Program-made: the position numbers and the translations under genes | The notes under the pieces: model-generated | The model's database searches: none | What the model was told of the DNA's origin: nothing | What the model saw: only the letters and a program-made list of their open reading frames with translations | Shown here: piece after piece, positions 43,438 through 52,761 of the stretch | Layout: every line of letters begins with the position of its first letter | Position numbering within the stretch: the stretch's first letter is position 1 | Assembly (NCBI GenBank): GCA_964460075.1 | Contig: CAYWPC010000005.1 | Span: forward strand, 2,873 to 66,872 | Direction of reading: 5' to 3' | Source of the DNA: an uncultured Acidimicrobiaceae bacterium | Lineage (GTDB): Bacteria > Actinomycetota > Acidimicrobiia > Spongiisociales > UBA5794 | DNA: 64,000 nucleotides

Positions 43438-44814
43438 CTATCCGCCGAGACTTCCAACCGGTAGATCACCACACCGATCGGCGTATTCACCTTCGAGCAG
43501 GCACGGTACGTCCGGGCGATTCGTTGCCACGAGCGTAAAGTACCCGAACTCTGGGTCGTCCAAGTTGTCGAGGGTCACGATGTACATGTCCTGAATGGCG
43601 ACATGATCTTCGGCGCGGATGTCGATCGTGCCCTTGGGGCCCTCAAAGGACAGGCCCTCCATTGCTGCTCTGAGGGCGTCGACGGATGCGTCACCTCCCG
43701 TCACTTTCAGGGCTTCCACAATCATGATCGCTGCGTTCATCGCATCGGCATCGAAGAGGTCAGGGAAGGTCCCTTGTTCAGCGACCTTGTCGACTAGCCA
43801 GTCGTTGATCGGATTGTCCGGCAACGTGTATTGATACAGGATCCCTGAAGTCGATCCAATGCTGTTCCCGAAGAACACGGGCATGACAATGTTGTCCACG
43901 AATCCGGCCGCCATTGATTTCTCGTCAAGCACACCGAGGTCTGTCGCCGCCTGGGAGAGGGGCACAAAGCCTCCGCCCGCCCACGTTACGAGGAAGGCTT
44001 CCGCGTCGGTGTCGAGCACCTGCTCCATGTATGGCGTGAAGTCCGTAGTGTCGGCTGGAGCAAAGATGTCCTCTCCTGGGAAGCTGCCGCCGTAGAACGT
44101 GCAGGCGTCCCGGAACGCTTGAGCGCCGCCGTACCCGAATGAATAGTCAGGAGCGATTTGGACAAATGTCGAGTACTGCGTGACGAGATACTCACAAATG
44201 TTGACCGCATCTTGATAGTTGTTCCTCGATGTACGGAAGCTGTTCGGGTTGAACGTCGCGCCTGTGAGGTCGTTCGCCGCCGCAGGTGCGGCGATGTGGA
44301 TCACGTCATTCTGAAGTGCAAGTTCCTGAATGCCTGCTGTTACACCGGATGACACGGATCCAACGATGATGTCGACACCGTCGACTTCGATGAGCTCGCG
44401 AGCGAGCGTGGCCGAGGTTTCAGCATCGGATAAGTCGTCCTTGTACACGATCTCGATGGTGCAGTCATCGATCTGGTAGCTGTCCGGACCCGAGTCTCCG
44501 GTCGCATACTCCATGCCGAGCGGGAATGCGCGAAGGATGTGCGCCCCATAGATCGCAAGCGGGCCACTCTGGTCTGTGATGACACCCACCTTCACCGGCT
44601 CCGTGCAGGTAACACCCGCAGCTTCAGGCGCGAGCGTCGTCGTTGTTTCTGCTGCTGCCTCGGTTGTCGTTGTCTCTTGCTGGACCGAACTAGATGTTGT
44701 GCTGTCCTCTGCTCCACTATCGGCGCTGCTACACGCCGCGGCAACGAGGGCAAGTACAACCGCTAATACCAAGACTCGCGCTAGACGCGTTGTCATTCGT
44801 TTCTCCTTGTTCAC
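43438..44814 (-). CDS. Liv-type ABC transporter substrate-binding lipoprotein (family-4 SBP) with Thr/Ser-rich linker
   Basis: Lipobox LALVAAAC. Low-complexity TTTTEAAAETTTT linker, then a periplasmic binding fold. Confidence 0.82.
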   Translation of the reverse strand: MNKEKRMTTRLARVLVLAVVLALVAAACSSADSGAEDSTTSSSVQQETTTTEAAAETTTTLAPEAAGVTCTEPVKVGVITDQSGPLAIYGAHILRAFPLGMEYATGDSGPDSYQIDDCTIEIVYKDDLSDAETSATLARELIEVDGVDIIVGSVSSGVTAGIQELALQNDVIHIAAPAAANDLTGATFNPNSFRTSRNNYQDAVNICEYLVTQYSTFVQIAPDYSFGYGGAQAFRDACTFYGGSFPGEDIFAPADTTDFTPYMEQVLDTDAEAFLVTWAGGGFVPLSQAATDLGVLDEKSMAAGFVDNIVMPVFFGNSIGSTSGILYQYTLPDNPINDWLVDKVAEQGTFPDLFDADAMNAAIMIVEALKVTGGDASVDALRAAMEGLSFEGPKGTIDIRAEDHVAIQDMYIVTLDNLDDPEFGYFTLVATNRPDVPCLLEGEYADRCGDLPVGSLGG

Positions 44815-45878
44815 TTGCTTACCGACCTGAGGTGGGCGTGGAACACGCCATTGAAAGATTGAGCGTCGTCGATGTACGGCACATGTCCTGAGTTCTCAAG
44901 AACGACTTCTCTATATGAGCCGCCTGCGTTTTGGTATCGATGGAGCCACGCACGAGTTTGTGCAACCATCGGCTGTGGTGGATACACGTCTGTGCCTGGG
45001 AACCCGGGTATGAGACCCGTCGAGCCCCAGATTCCAGGATCTAGCGGACCGCCATCGGAGATGATCATGTCGTGCGCTCCTCGTATCCACAGCACCGGTG
45101 GCTTGCGTGATGCCTCGAGCGCGGTCACGCCTGCCTTCGCCCAACGGGGTGACAGAGCATTTGCAGCCCCATGGATGCCTGGTGCGGTGAACGGCCAATT
45201 CTCGGAGGTCACGGCGTCGCCTGGATAGGCTTCGGGGCCGAGATGGGTCGAGAGCATCGCTCCCACATGAGCGTCTTCACGCTCGGGGATGTACCCGACC
45301 TTCACAATCAGGCTTCGTAACACGGAGCGTGGGCTTACCGGGCTGCCCGTGGTCGTATCACCAGCAGCGAACAGCGAGACCATCTCAGGATTGATAAGTC
45401 CTGCTCCAGATCCGGCGAAGTCTTCGTACACCGCGACGCCGTCATCTCCCTTCGTTCCCCCGTATCCATATGGGGAGCCTGGGTTGACGACTACGGCGCT
45501 ATGGATGCGGTCAGAATGGTCTGCAATCATTCGCCAGATCACCGACCCACCCATGGAGCTTCCCACAACGACTGCGGTGCCAATGTCGAGGGCATCAAGG
45601 AGATGGGCGGCATCGTCAGAGAGGTCTCCCATCCCGCGAGTGGCGTCGATGGTCTTGTCCCTGTCGGCTTCGCCGTAGCCGCGCATGTCTGGCGCGATGC
45701 CGAAGAAGCCACCAGGGAGTGCCAGCATCGTCTCTTCCCACCAGGTCGCAGAAGAGATGTTGCCGTGAAGAAACAGGACTGCTACGCCATTCGCATCTCC
45801 GCATGTCAGGACACGCGTAGTCAGGCGACGCGACGAAGCTACGGATGCCGTGATGCCTTGGAGCGTCGCGACACTCAT
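44811..45878 (-). CDS. Alpha/beta-fold hydrolase
   Basis: HGN oxyanion-hole-like motif and nucleophile elbow GSSMGG. Start set at MSVATLQG (ATGA overlap with the tetR stop). The track's upstream 78 aa are Arg-rich junk. Confidence 0.75.
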   Translation of the reverse strand: MSVATLQGITASVASSRRLTTRVLTCGDANGVAVLFLHGNISSATWWEETMLALPGGFFGIAPDMRGYGEADRDKTIDATRGMGDLSDDAAHLLDALDIGTAVVVGSSMGGSVIWRMIADHSDRIHSAVVVNPGSPYGYGGTKGDDGVAVYEDFAGSGAGLINPEMVSLFAAGDTTTGSPVSPRSVLRSLIVKVGYIPEREDAHVGAMLSTHLGPEAYPGDAVTSENWPFTAPGIHGAANALSPRWAKAGVTALEASRKPPVLWIRGAHDMIISDGGPLDPGIWGSTGLIPGFPGTDVYPPQPMVAQTRAWLHRYQNAGGSYREVVLENSGHVPYIDDAQSFNGVFHAHLRSVSK

Positions 45879-46498
45879 GCTCGATCGCCTCGGTATTTCA
45901 GGCCTCGGGCTATGAATCCCATGATCTGTTCGAAGGCCTCGGGTGAAGGTGCTCCTTGACCTCGAATCACATACTTCCATCCGACGTACTCTGAGAGTCC
46001 CATCAGGATGTCGGCCGCGGTCTCCGCATCGAGGTCTGTATCGAGTTGACCTGCGTCGATCGCGGCCTGTATACCTTCCCTGTATCCGCGACCCAACGTC
46101 TCGTAGTGCCACCGGTAGAGATCCGAATCCACGAATTCGGCTTCTCTCATGATCTTGTACAGCGCCGTGTGTTCGTTGACGAACTGGAAGAAGGTGAGAA
46201 ATCCGATGCGTTCCATTTCCATGCGGTCCGTCTCATCTCCGATCGCGATCGCGATGGTTCTGCGCAGTAGAGCGTTGAGTTCGTGGACAAGTTCCACATA
46301 GGCGGCCTTCTTGTCCGGGAAATACACGTAGAACGTCCCCTGTGCCACCCCGGCTCGACGCGTGATCTCGGAGACGGATGCACGCTCGTATGCAGACTCA
46401 CCGAAAACGTCTTCCGCGGCCCTCAGGAGGGCCGCTCGCGTCGCCCTGCCACGCTTGGTAACAGGCTGGTTGGGGCCCTGTGTCGATAATCCTGCCAT
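45875..46498 (-). CDS. TetR-family transcriptional regulator
   Basis: N-terminal HTH RATRAALLRAAEDVFGESAYERASVSEITRRAGVAQGTFYVYFPDK. Confidence 0.9.
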   Translation of the reverse strand: MAGLSTQGPNQPVTKRGRATRAALLRAAEDVFGESAYERASVSEITRRAGVAQGTFYVYFPDKKAAYVELVHELNALLRRTIAIAIGDETDRMEMERIGFLTFFQFVNEHTALYKIMREAEFVDSDLYRWHYETLGRGYREGIQAAIDAGQLDTDLDAETAADILMGLSEYVGWKYVIRGQGAPSPEAFEQIMGFIARGLKYRGDRA

Positions 46499-46614
46499 GG
46501 CTGCTCCGTAACTTGAAACCTGACTCAGGTGTCATGTTTAGTCATTTGGCGTGCTCGATGTCAAGTCACAGGCGCTGCACGGAACAGCTTTGACCCCGGT
46601 GTCGTTACCTTTCC

Positions 46615-47457
46615 ATGACTATGGAAGAACAAGATGTGACTACGTGCTATCGGCACCCCACTCGGGCAACCCGCCTGTCTTGCACGAGTTGTGGGAGGCC
46701 GATCTGTGTCGAGTGCTCGCATGACGCATCGGTGGGCCAGAAGTGTCCAGAGTGCGCAGCACCCCAGCGTGGGGCACGAGTCATACATGCCAGGCAGGCA
46801 CTCGGGGGACCAACCTTCCAATCATCCCCCGTTTCGTTCGCGATCATCGGAATCACCGTCGCCGTCTTCGCAGCCGGCTATCTCTCACCTGAAATCCACC
46901 ACCAACTGATGCAGCTTCTTGCACAAGGCAACTTCCTCGTCGCACAAGGTGACTGGTACAGGGTCTTCACCGCTGCCCTCCTGCACGGCGGCGTCTTGCA
47001 CATCGGGTTCAACATGTACGCCTTGTACTTGTTCGGCCCACGCCTCGAGCAACAGGTCGGAGGCCCGGCATTCGCCGCGCTGTACGTCGCTTCGGCCGGG
47101 GTAGGAGGCATGGTCGCGTATGGGTTCGGGCCAATCGAGCAGGTGACCATCGGCGCATCAGGTGCGATCTTCGGGTTGTTCGGTGCATGGATGTTCGTCG
47201 CGTGGAAGATGCGAAGCACCCCGGGAGGACGGTCGATGTTCAACCAACTCGCCATCCTCTTGCTCATCAACCTGTCGCTCCCACTGTTCGTGCCAAACAT
47301 TGCATGGCGAGCTCACTTCGGAGGTTTCGCAGCGGGACTACTGATCGCTTGGCTGTGGTCTGTGTTCGCTGTCGGAAAGCCGAACGCACGCACGGTTCGC
47401 ACGGTCATCGCTGCCGCCGTGACGCTCGCAGCGATCGCTCTCACGATCACCATCTGA
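46615..47457 (+). CDS. Rhomboid-family intramembrane serine protease with N-terminal Cys4 zinc-ribbon
   Basis: CxxC...CxxC N-terminus. GxSG motif in GASGAIFGLFGA and a downstream His in a TM helix. Confidence 0.85.
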   Translation: MTMEEQDVTTCYRHPTRATRLSCTSCGRPICVECSHDASVGQKCPECAAPQRGARVIHARQALGGPTFQSSPVSFAIIGITVAVFAAGYLSPEIHHQLMQLLAQGNFLVAQGDWYRVFTAALLHGGVLHIGFNMYALYLFGPRLEQQVGGPAFAALYVASAGVGGMVAYGFGPIEQVTIGASGAIFGLFGAWMFVAWKMRSTPGGRSMFNQLAILLLINLSLPLFVPNIAWRAHFGGFAAGLLIAWLWSVFAVGKPNARTVRTVIAAAVTLAAIALTITI

Positions 47458-47491
47458 CCCGGGTCATCGGGTAGCCGGTACACTCGCACCC

Positions 47492-48916
47492 GTGAGCGAA
47501 CACACCGTTGGCAACCCAACATTTGACCGTCCGGGAGAAGCCTGTGGCGTGTTCGGCATCGTCGGACCCGACATCGATGCGGCCCGCCTCACCTACTTCG
47601 GACTGTTCGCTCTACAACACCGCGGGCAGGAGAGTGCAGGCATCTCGGTGAGTGACCGCGACAACATCACCGTATACAAGGATCTCGGCCTCGTCGCACA
47701 GGTCTTCGACGAGAGCATCCTCGCCGGACTTCCAGGCAGCCTCGCAATCGGGCACACTCGCTATTCGACCACCGGATCCAACAATTGGGAGAACTCGCAA
47801 CCGGTCTTCCGGCACCTCGGTGCAAGAGGGATCGCTCTCGCCCACAACGGGAACTTGACGAATACATCCCAACTCGCTGCCGACCTCGGCCCACTGCCAG
47901 CCACGACGGATTCGGAACTGATGACGGAGGCAATAGGCAGGGCCATCGACAAAGATGGCGTATCACTCGAAGACGCGCTCACCGCGACACTCCCAACATT
48001 CGACGGTGCGTTCACACTGACCGTCATGGACCGAACCACACTCGTTGGCGTCCGTGATCCTCGAGGTTTCAGGCCGCTCTGCCTCGGTCGACTTGCCGAC
48101 AGCTGGATTCTTGCTTCCGAAAGTGCCGCACTCGACATTCTCGGAGCCGACTTCGTTCGCCAGATCGGCCCAGGCGAAATGGTCGTCATCGACGACGATG
48201 GGCCTCGCAGCTCCTTCCCGTTCCAGCAGGAGCAGCCCCATCTCTGCATCTTCGAATTCGTCTACTTCGCACGACCCGACTCCACCCTGCTCGGCCAGAC
48301 AGTCCACTCGACAAGACAAGAGATGGGTCGACTTCTCGCGCGCCAAGCTCCCATCGATGCCGACATCACCGTGCCCGTACCGGAGTCAGGGATCCCAGCC
48401 GCTCAAGGATTTGCCGAAGTGTCGGGCATCCCGTACACCGACGGCCTCGTCAAGAACCGCTACGTTGGGCGCACCTTCATCCAGCCTGCGCAGTCGATGC
48501 GAGAGCGCGGCGTGCGCATGAAACTCAACGCCATGCCAGGCATCGTGTCAGGCAAACGTGTCGTGCTCGTCGACGACTCCATCGTCCGTGGCTCTACCAC
48601 CAGCCAGCTCGTCTCGATGATGCGGGAAGCAGGTGCCTCAGAAGTACATCTGCGTATCTCGTCGCCGCCATATCGCTGGCCATGCTTTTACGGCATGGAC
48701 ACAGGCGACCGGTCGACCCTCCTCGCTGCCGGGAGACGCGTGGAGGAGATCGCTGACGAGCTTGGCGTCGATTCTCTCGCGTACCTGAACCTCGAAAACC
48801 TCATTCGGGCGACTGGCACAACGGCCGACGCGTTTTGCACAGCCTGCCTCTCTGGGAGATATCCAACCGATGTGCCGATTGCCGACAGCAAATTCGTACT
48901 CGAGCGGTCCACGTGA
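47492..48916 (+). CDS. purF: Amidophosphoribosyltransferase
   Basis: GTG start. Propeptide then CGVFGIVG Ntn nucleophile. PRTase motif VVLVDDSIVRGST. C-terminal CxxxC...C Fe-S ligands. Confidence 0.95.
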   Translation: MSEHTVGNPTFDRPGEACGVFGIVGPDIDAARLTYFGLFALQHRGQESAGISVSDRDNITVYKDLGLVAQVFDESILAGLPGSLAIGHTRYSTTGSNNWENSQPVFRHLGARGIALAHNGNLTNTSQLAADLGPLPATTDSELMTEAIGRAIDKDGVSLEDALTATLPTFDGAFTLTVMDRTTLVGVRDPRGFRPLCLGRLADSWILASESAALDILGADFVRQIGPGEMVVIDDDGPRSSFPFQQEQPHLCIFEFVYFARPDSTLLGQTVHSTRQEMGRLLARQAPIDADITVPVPESGIPAAQGFAEVSGIPYTDGLVKNRYVGRTFIQPAQSMRERGVRMKLNAMPGIVSGKRVVLVDDSIVRGSTTSQLVSMMREAGASEVHLRISSPPYRWPCFYGMDTGDRSTLLAAGRRVEEIADELGVDSLAYLNLENLIRATGTTADAFCTACLSGRYPTDVPIADSKFVLERST

Positions 48917-49929
48917 CAAGTTACGAAAGGGCCGGCGTCAGCCTCGACGCGGCAGATGAGCTCGTCGATCGCATCGCCTGGCGGGTGACGAGCACCTGGG
49001 GAGGGAACGTCGTTGGAGGCTTTGGAGGCTTTGCGGCCGGACTACGGATTCCGCCAGGGTACGAGAACCCCATATTGATGATGTCGACCGACGGCGTCGG
49101 AACGAAAGCTGAGCTGGCCCGCCACGCTGGCCTACTCGAAGGTCTCGGCTACGACGTCGTAGCAATGGTTGCGGACGATCTCGCAGCTGCGGGTGCCCGC
49201 CCCATTGCGCTCACCGACTACATCGCCGTTGGGCACATGGACCTCGACCGCATCGAAACGATCGTGGAGTCGATCACCGACGCGTGCAACGAGTCAGACA
49301 TCGCGTTGCTCGGAGGAGAAACGGCCGAGCATCCTGGTGTGATGGGACCCGATCAGTTCGACATGTCAGCTACGGCTCTCGGAATCGTCGAGGCTGGGGA
49401 CGAAATCGACCCGCAGTCTGTCACCCCAGGTGATGTCATCGTCGGTGTACAGAGCCCAAACCTACGATCGAACGGCTTCTCACTCGTACGAGCCATTGCA
49501 GCCAAACACCTGCCACTCGACGCCCCGTTCCCAGACACGGACATCCCAACGGCACACGTCCTCCTCGAACCAAGCATCGTCTATGCACCTTCCGTGCTGA
49601 ACTTGCTCGCAAGAGTTCGCCCTCACGGTCTCTCCCACATCACCGGTGGAGGGCTCCCAGGCAACGTGATGCGAGTGCTCCCAGACAACACGAGAGCAAT
49701 AATCGAACGCTCCCGGTGGGAGATACCCCACGTTTTCAACGTTCTCCAACATCTCGGCGATATCCCGCCAGAAGACATGTTCCGCACCTTCAACATGGGT
49801 ATCGGCTTCACAGCCATCGTTGCTGAGGAGGACGTTGATGCGACACGCGCCGCATTCGAGTCAAGCGACCTCGAAGCCGCTGTCATCGGACAGATCATCG
49901 AAGGCACCAAGGGCGTGGAGCTCCGATGA
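48913..49929 (+). CDS. purM: Phosphoribosylformylglycinamidine cyclo-ligase (AIR synthetase)
   Basis: GTG start overlapping the purF stop (GTGA). PurM-like motifs through the length. Confidence 0.93.
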   Translation: MTSYERAGVSLDAADELVDRIAWRVTSTWGGNVVGGFGGFAAGLRIPPGYENPILMMSTDGVGTKAELARHAGLLEGLGYDVVAMVADDLAAAGARPIALTDYIAVGHMDLDRIETIVESITDACNESDIALLGGETAEHPGVMGPDQFDMSATALGIVEAGDEIDPQSVTPGDVIVGVQSPNLRSNGFSLVRAIAAKHLPLDAPFPDTDIPTAHVLLEPSIVYAPSVLNLLARVRPHGLSHITGGGLPGNVMRVLPDNTRAIIERSRWEIPHVFNVLQHLGDIPPEDMFRTFNMGIGFTAIVAEEDVDATRAAFESSDLEAAVIGQIIEGTKGVELR

Positions 49930-50040
49930 CGTCACAACGACGAGCTACGGGTCGACTGTCAAAGTCCTCGCCCGTGTGGGACACTCCAACCAAGACCTTC
50001 TGATGCACAGACACACGCACCAACGATTGCCGAGGCGGAA

Positions 50041-50655
50041 ATGACCGACGGATCTTCCCATCCAATCGACTTTAAGGTCCCCGTCGATGACGAGTACCGC
50101 AGCAGAGGGCTCGCAGCGCTCGGCTTAGTCGCGTTTGCCAAGGCTTTTCTGCTGATCCCTCACGTCTTCCTTCTGATCTTGTACGGAATCGTCGTGCAAT
50201 TCGTGGTGTGGATCGGGTACTGGTACATCCTCATCACAGGTGCAAAGCCGTTCTGGATAGAGAACCTCGAGATGATCTTCCTCGAGTGGAGCAGCCGCGT
50301 CTTTGCCTGGTTCACGAGTACGACAGATGTGTTTCCGACGTACGGAACGGACGAGCACCACCCTGCGCAAGTGACCGTGGAGAAGGCACCCGATCCCCAG
50401 AGTCGGGTACTTGCAGTGCTCGGCATTCTCTTCATTCGCACGGCCCTCGCAATCCCTCATCTCTTCATCTTGGCTTGGTTGACGATCGGTACGCTCTTCC
50501 TGGCGTGGTACGGCTACCTAGCAATCCTTATCAACGGATCGCTGCCTCTGCCGCTTCACTACTATTTCGTTGGCTTTCATCGCTGGTGGGCCCGAACGTG
50601 GGGTTGGATAGCAGGGCTCACGGATCAATACCCGCCCTTCTCACTCAAACCGTGA
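50041..50655 (+). CDS. DUF4389-family membrane protein (tandem repeat)
   Basis: Two repeats of RGLAALG...IPHxFxLxxL...YGYxAILINGxxP. Confidence 0.6.
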   Translation: MTDGSSHPIDFKVPVDDEYRSRGLAALGLVAFAKAFLLIPHVFLLILYGIVVQFVVWIGYWYILITGAKPFWIENLEMIFLEWSSRVFAWFTSTTDVFPTYGTDEHHPAQVTVEKAPDPQSRVLAVLGILFIRTALAIPHLFILAWLTIGTLFLAWYGYLAILINGSLPLPLHYYFVGFHRWWARTWGWIAGLTDQYPPFSLKP

Positions 50656-50671
50656 TCACGCATCGGCAGGG

Positions 50672-51640
50672 TCACAGCTCGGCTGGGTCTTCCTTGCGCC
50701 GAAGCGACATGAACAGCCTCGTGATGCCGTAGACGAGCAGTGCGAGAATTCCGATTGGCACGATCACCGCAGTGGCGACGATCATGAAACTCACCGTTGC
50801 AAGAAGCACCGCACCTGCCTCATCGAAGGCCTGTGCAATCACACCGGCGTCGACAGGCACAACCGAAGTGAATGACCCACCCGGAACTTCGGTGAGACCG
50901 ATCCTCAGCGTCGCAAACTCGGTCCGGCTATCCAAGTATCGCAATCGTCCCTCAATCCGCTCGACATTCAGGAGCACATCTTGCATTCGAGTCTGAACTG
51001 CGACGAGATCCTCGATCGTCGAGGCCTTCTCGAGGAGCCGTGCATAAAACGCCTCTTGCTCACGCCAGTAGCTAAGGCGACCTTCGAGATCAACATACTC
51101 CTCAGTCACGTCCTGGCTCGACAGTGCAGACGCAATGTTCTCTCCCAGGTTGCCGATGCGCTCAACGGCGTCATCGAAGCGGTCACTCGGGATGCGAATC
51201 GCGAACCACCCAACGGCGTATCGCTCCTCGCCGTTCTCCTCGATACGCGACTCACCTGAGGCGACGTAGCCACCCAGGTCGGCGGCAATCGAACGGATCT
51301 GTGCGCTTGCTACGTTGAACGATCCCTGATCGATCCGCAACTCGACGCTTCCGTCACGGATCACCCTCGTATCGATCGACTGGTCGTCGATCCTCTTGAA
51401 CACGACGCCTGTGTCGTCTGCCACAACGCTGTATGAGCTGTCCTCGTCCGCGTACGACGCGAACTCTGTGGCAACCCCAGCATCGGGGCTCTGCGGCACC
51501 TCCGCATAGGCACCGGCCTCGAATCTGTCTCCTGCGCTTTCATTACTACCAGAGCAGGCAGCCACGATCGCTGCAATCGCCAGTCCCACAACCACCAGCC
51601 ATACCCTTCGTCGGATCCGTGATGTTTCTGCTGGCCTCAT
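50672..51640 (-). CDS. DUF4349-family lipoprotein/membrane-anchored protein
   Basis: Signal plus lipobox (AIVAAC), a central domain with coiled-coil, and a C-terminal TM anchor. Confidence 0.65.
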   Translation of the reverse strand: MRPAETSRIRRRVWLVVVGLAIAAIVAACSGSNESAGDRFEAGAYAEVPQSPDAGVATEFASYADEDSSYSVVADDTGVVFKRIDDQSIDTRVIRDGSVELRIDQGSFNVASAQIRSIAADLGGYVASGESRIEENGEERYAVGWFAIRIPSDRFDDAVERIGNLGENIASALSSQDVTEEYVDLEGRLSYWREQEAFYARLLEKASTIEDLVAVQTRMQDVLLNVERIEGRLRYLDSRTEFATLRIGLTEVPGGSFTSVVPVDAGVIAQAFDEAGAVLLATVSFMIVATAVIVPIGILALLVYGITRLFMSLRRKEDPAEL

Positions 51641-51738
51641 GTCTCACTCCGTTCGTTACCGCCCGGCTTCCCAACCGGCTACCGCTACGACGGTCAACGA
51701 ACCAAGTTCGGTTCCTCACATCCGTCTACCCTCATGAC

Positions 51739-52596
51739 ATGCCTCGCTCGACTATCCCCACATCAGACGTCATCACCGTCGAATTCGTCGGCCACGTTGC
51801 CACGGTTTGGCTCGACCGTCCGGACCAGCGCAACGCTTTCGCCCAAGACTTCTGGGACGATCTGCCAGACATAATGAGCTCCCTCGCACGCGACGATGAG
51901 ACGCGGGCCATCGTCATCGCTGCGGTGGGCTCGTCCTTCACCGTCGGTATCGATCTCAAGGCCTTCGGACCAATGTTCATGAGCGGTGGCGCCGCTTCGT
52001 CCGACATCGGCCAGCCCGGATCAGATGTCGGGCGCCGCATGAGGCTGTATCACTCGATCAAGAAACTCCAAGGCGCCTTCACCTCCATAGCGCAATGCCC
52101 GAAGCCGGTGATCGCCGCCATCCATGGCCACTGCATCGGTGCAGGAATCGACCTCATAACAGCCTGTGACATCCGATTCGCAGCATCCGACGCCACGTTC
52201 TCCGTTCGCGAGACCCGGATCGCAATGGTTGCCGATGTGGGGACGATGCAGCGGCTCCCAAAGATCATCAACCCTGGCCACCTCGCTGAGATCGTCTACA
52301 CAGGGCGAGACTTCGACGCAACAGAGGCCGAAAACATCGGCTTGGTGACGAGAGTGCTCACCAACGCCGAGGCCACCCAAGCCGAGGCAGCGTCCGTCGC
52401 TCGGCAGATCGCAGCGAACTCACCGCTCGCGGTGCAAGGATCCAAGGCGGTTCTGGCTGCCGAAGAGGGGATGTCTACGGGTGACGCCCTCGACCATGTG
52501 GCCCTGTGGAATGCCGCGTTCATCCAGTCGAACGACGTTCAAGAAGCCGTCACGGCCTTCATCGAGAAGCGTCAACCAGAATTCACAGGAGAGTGA
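51739..52596 (+). CDS. Enoyl-CoA hydratase/isomerase (crotonase family)
   Basis: VWLDRPDQRNAF...VGIDL oxyanion-hole motifs. Start moved to MPRSTIP; the upstream track residues are Pro/Arg-rich. Confidence 0.85.
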   Translation: MPRSTIPTSDVITVEFVGHVATVWLDRPDQRNAFAQDFWDDLPDIMSSLARDDETRAIVIAAVGSSFTVGIDLKAFGPMFMSGGAASSDIGQPGSDVGRRMRLYHSIKKLQGAFTSIAQCPKPVIAAIHGHCIGAGIDLITACDIRFAASDATFSVRETRIAMVADVGTMQRLPKIINPGHLAEIVYTGRDFDATEAENIGLVTRVLTNAEATQAEAASVARQIAANSPLAVQGSKAVLAAEEGMSTGDALDHVALWNAAFIQSNDVQEAVTAFIEKRQPEFTGE

Positions 52597-52761
52597 CTGC
52601 GGCCACCCATCTCGCCGCATGATCTCGCGCTTGTCTTGCCAGGTACCATGGGGACATGAACCGGACACCTCGACACCATCGACGTCATCTCTTCGCAGCG
52701 CCGTAGGTGATCCGCGCACGCCTGCAGGACAACACATTTTCTACATCAACGGAGAGAAGAG

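Noticed and set aside
51433-51738. Upstream extension of the enoyl-CoA hydratase ORF, and similar extensions at 55696..56019, 56613..56807, 46112..45879 and 39531..39265
   Set aside because: The extensions are Pro/Arg-rich non-conserved translations. Several overlap neighbouring genes. Conserved family N-termini and start-stop overlaps indicate the shorter models.
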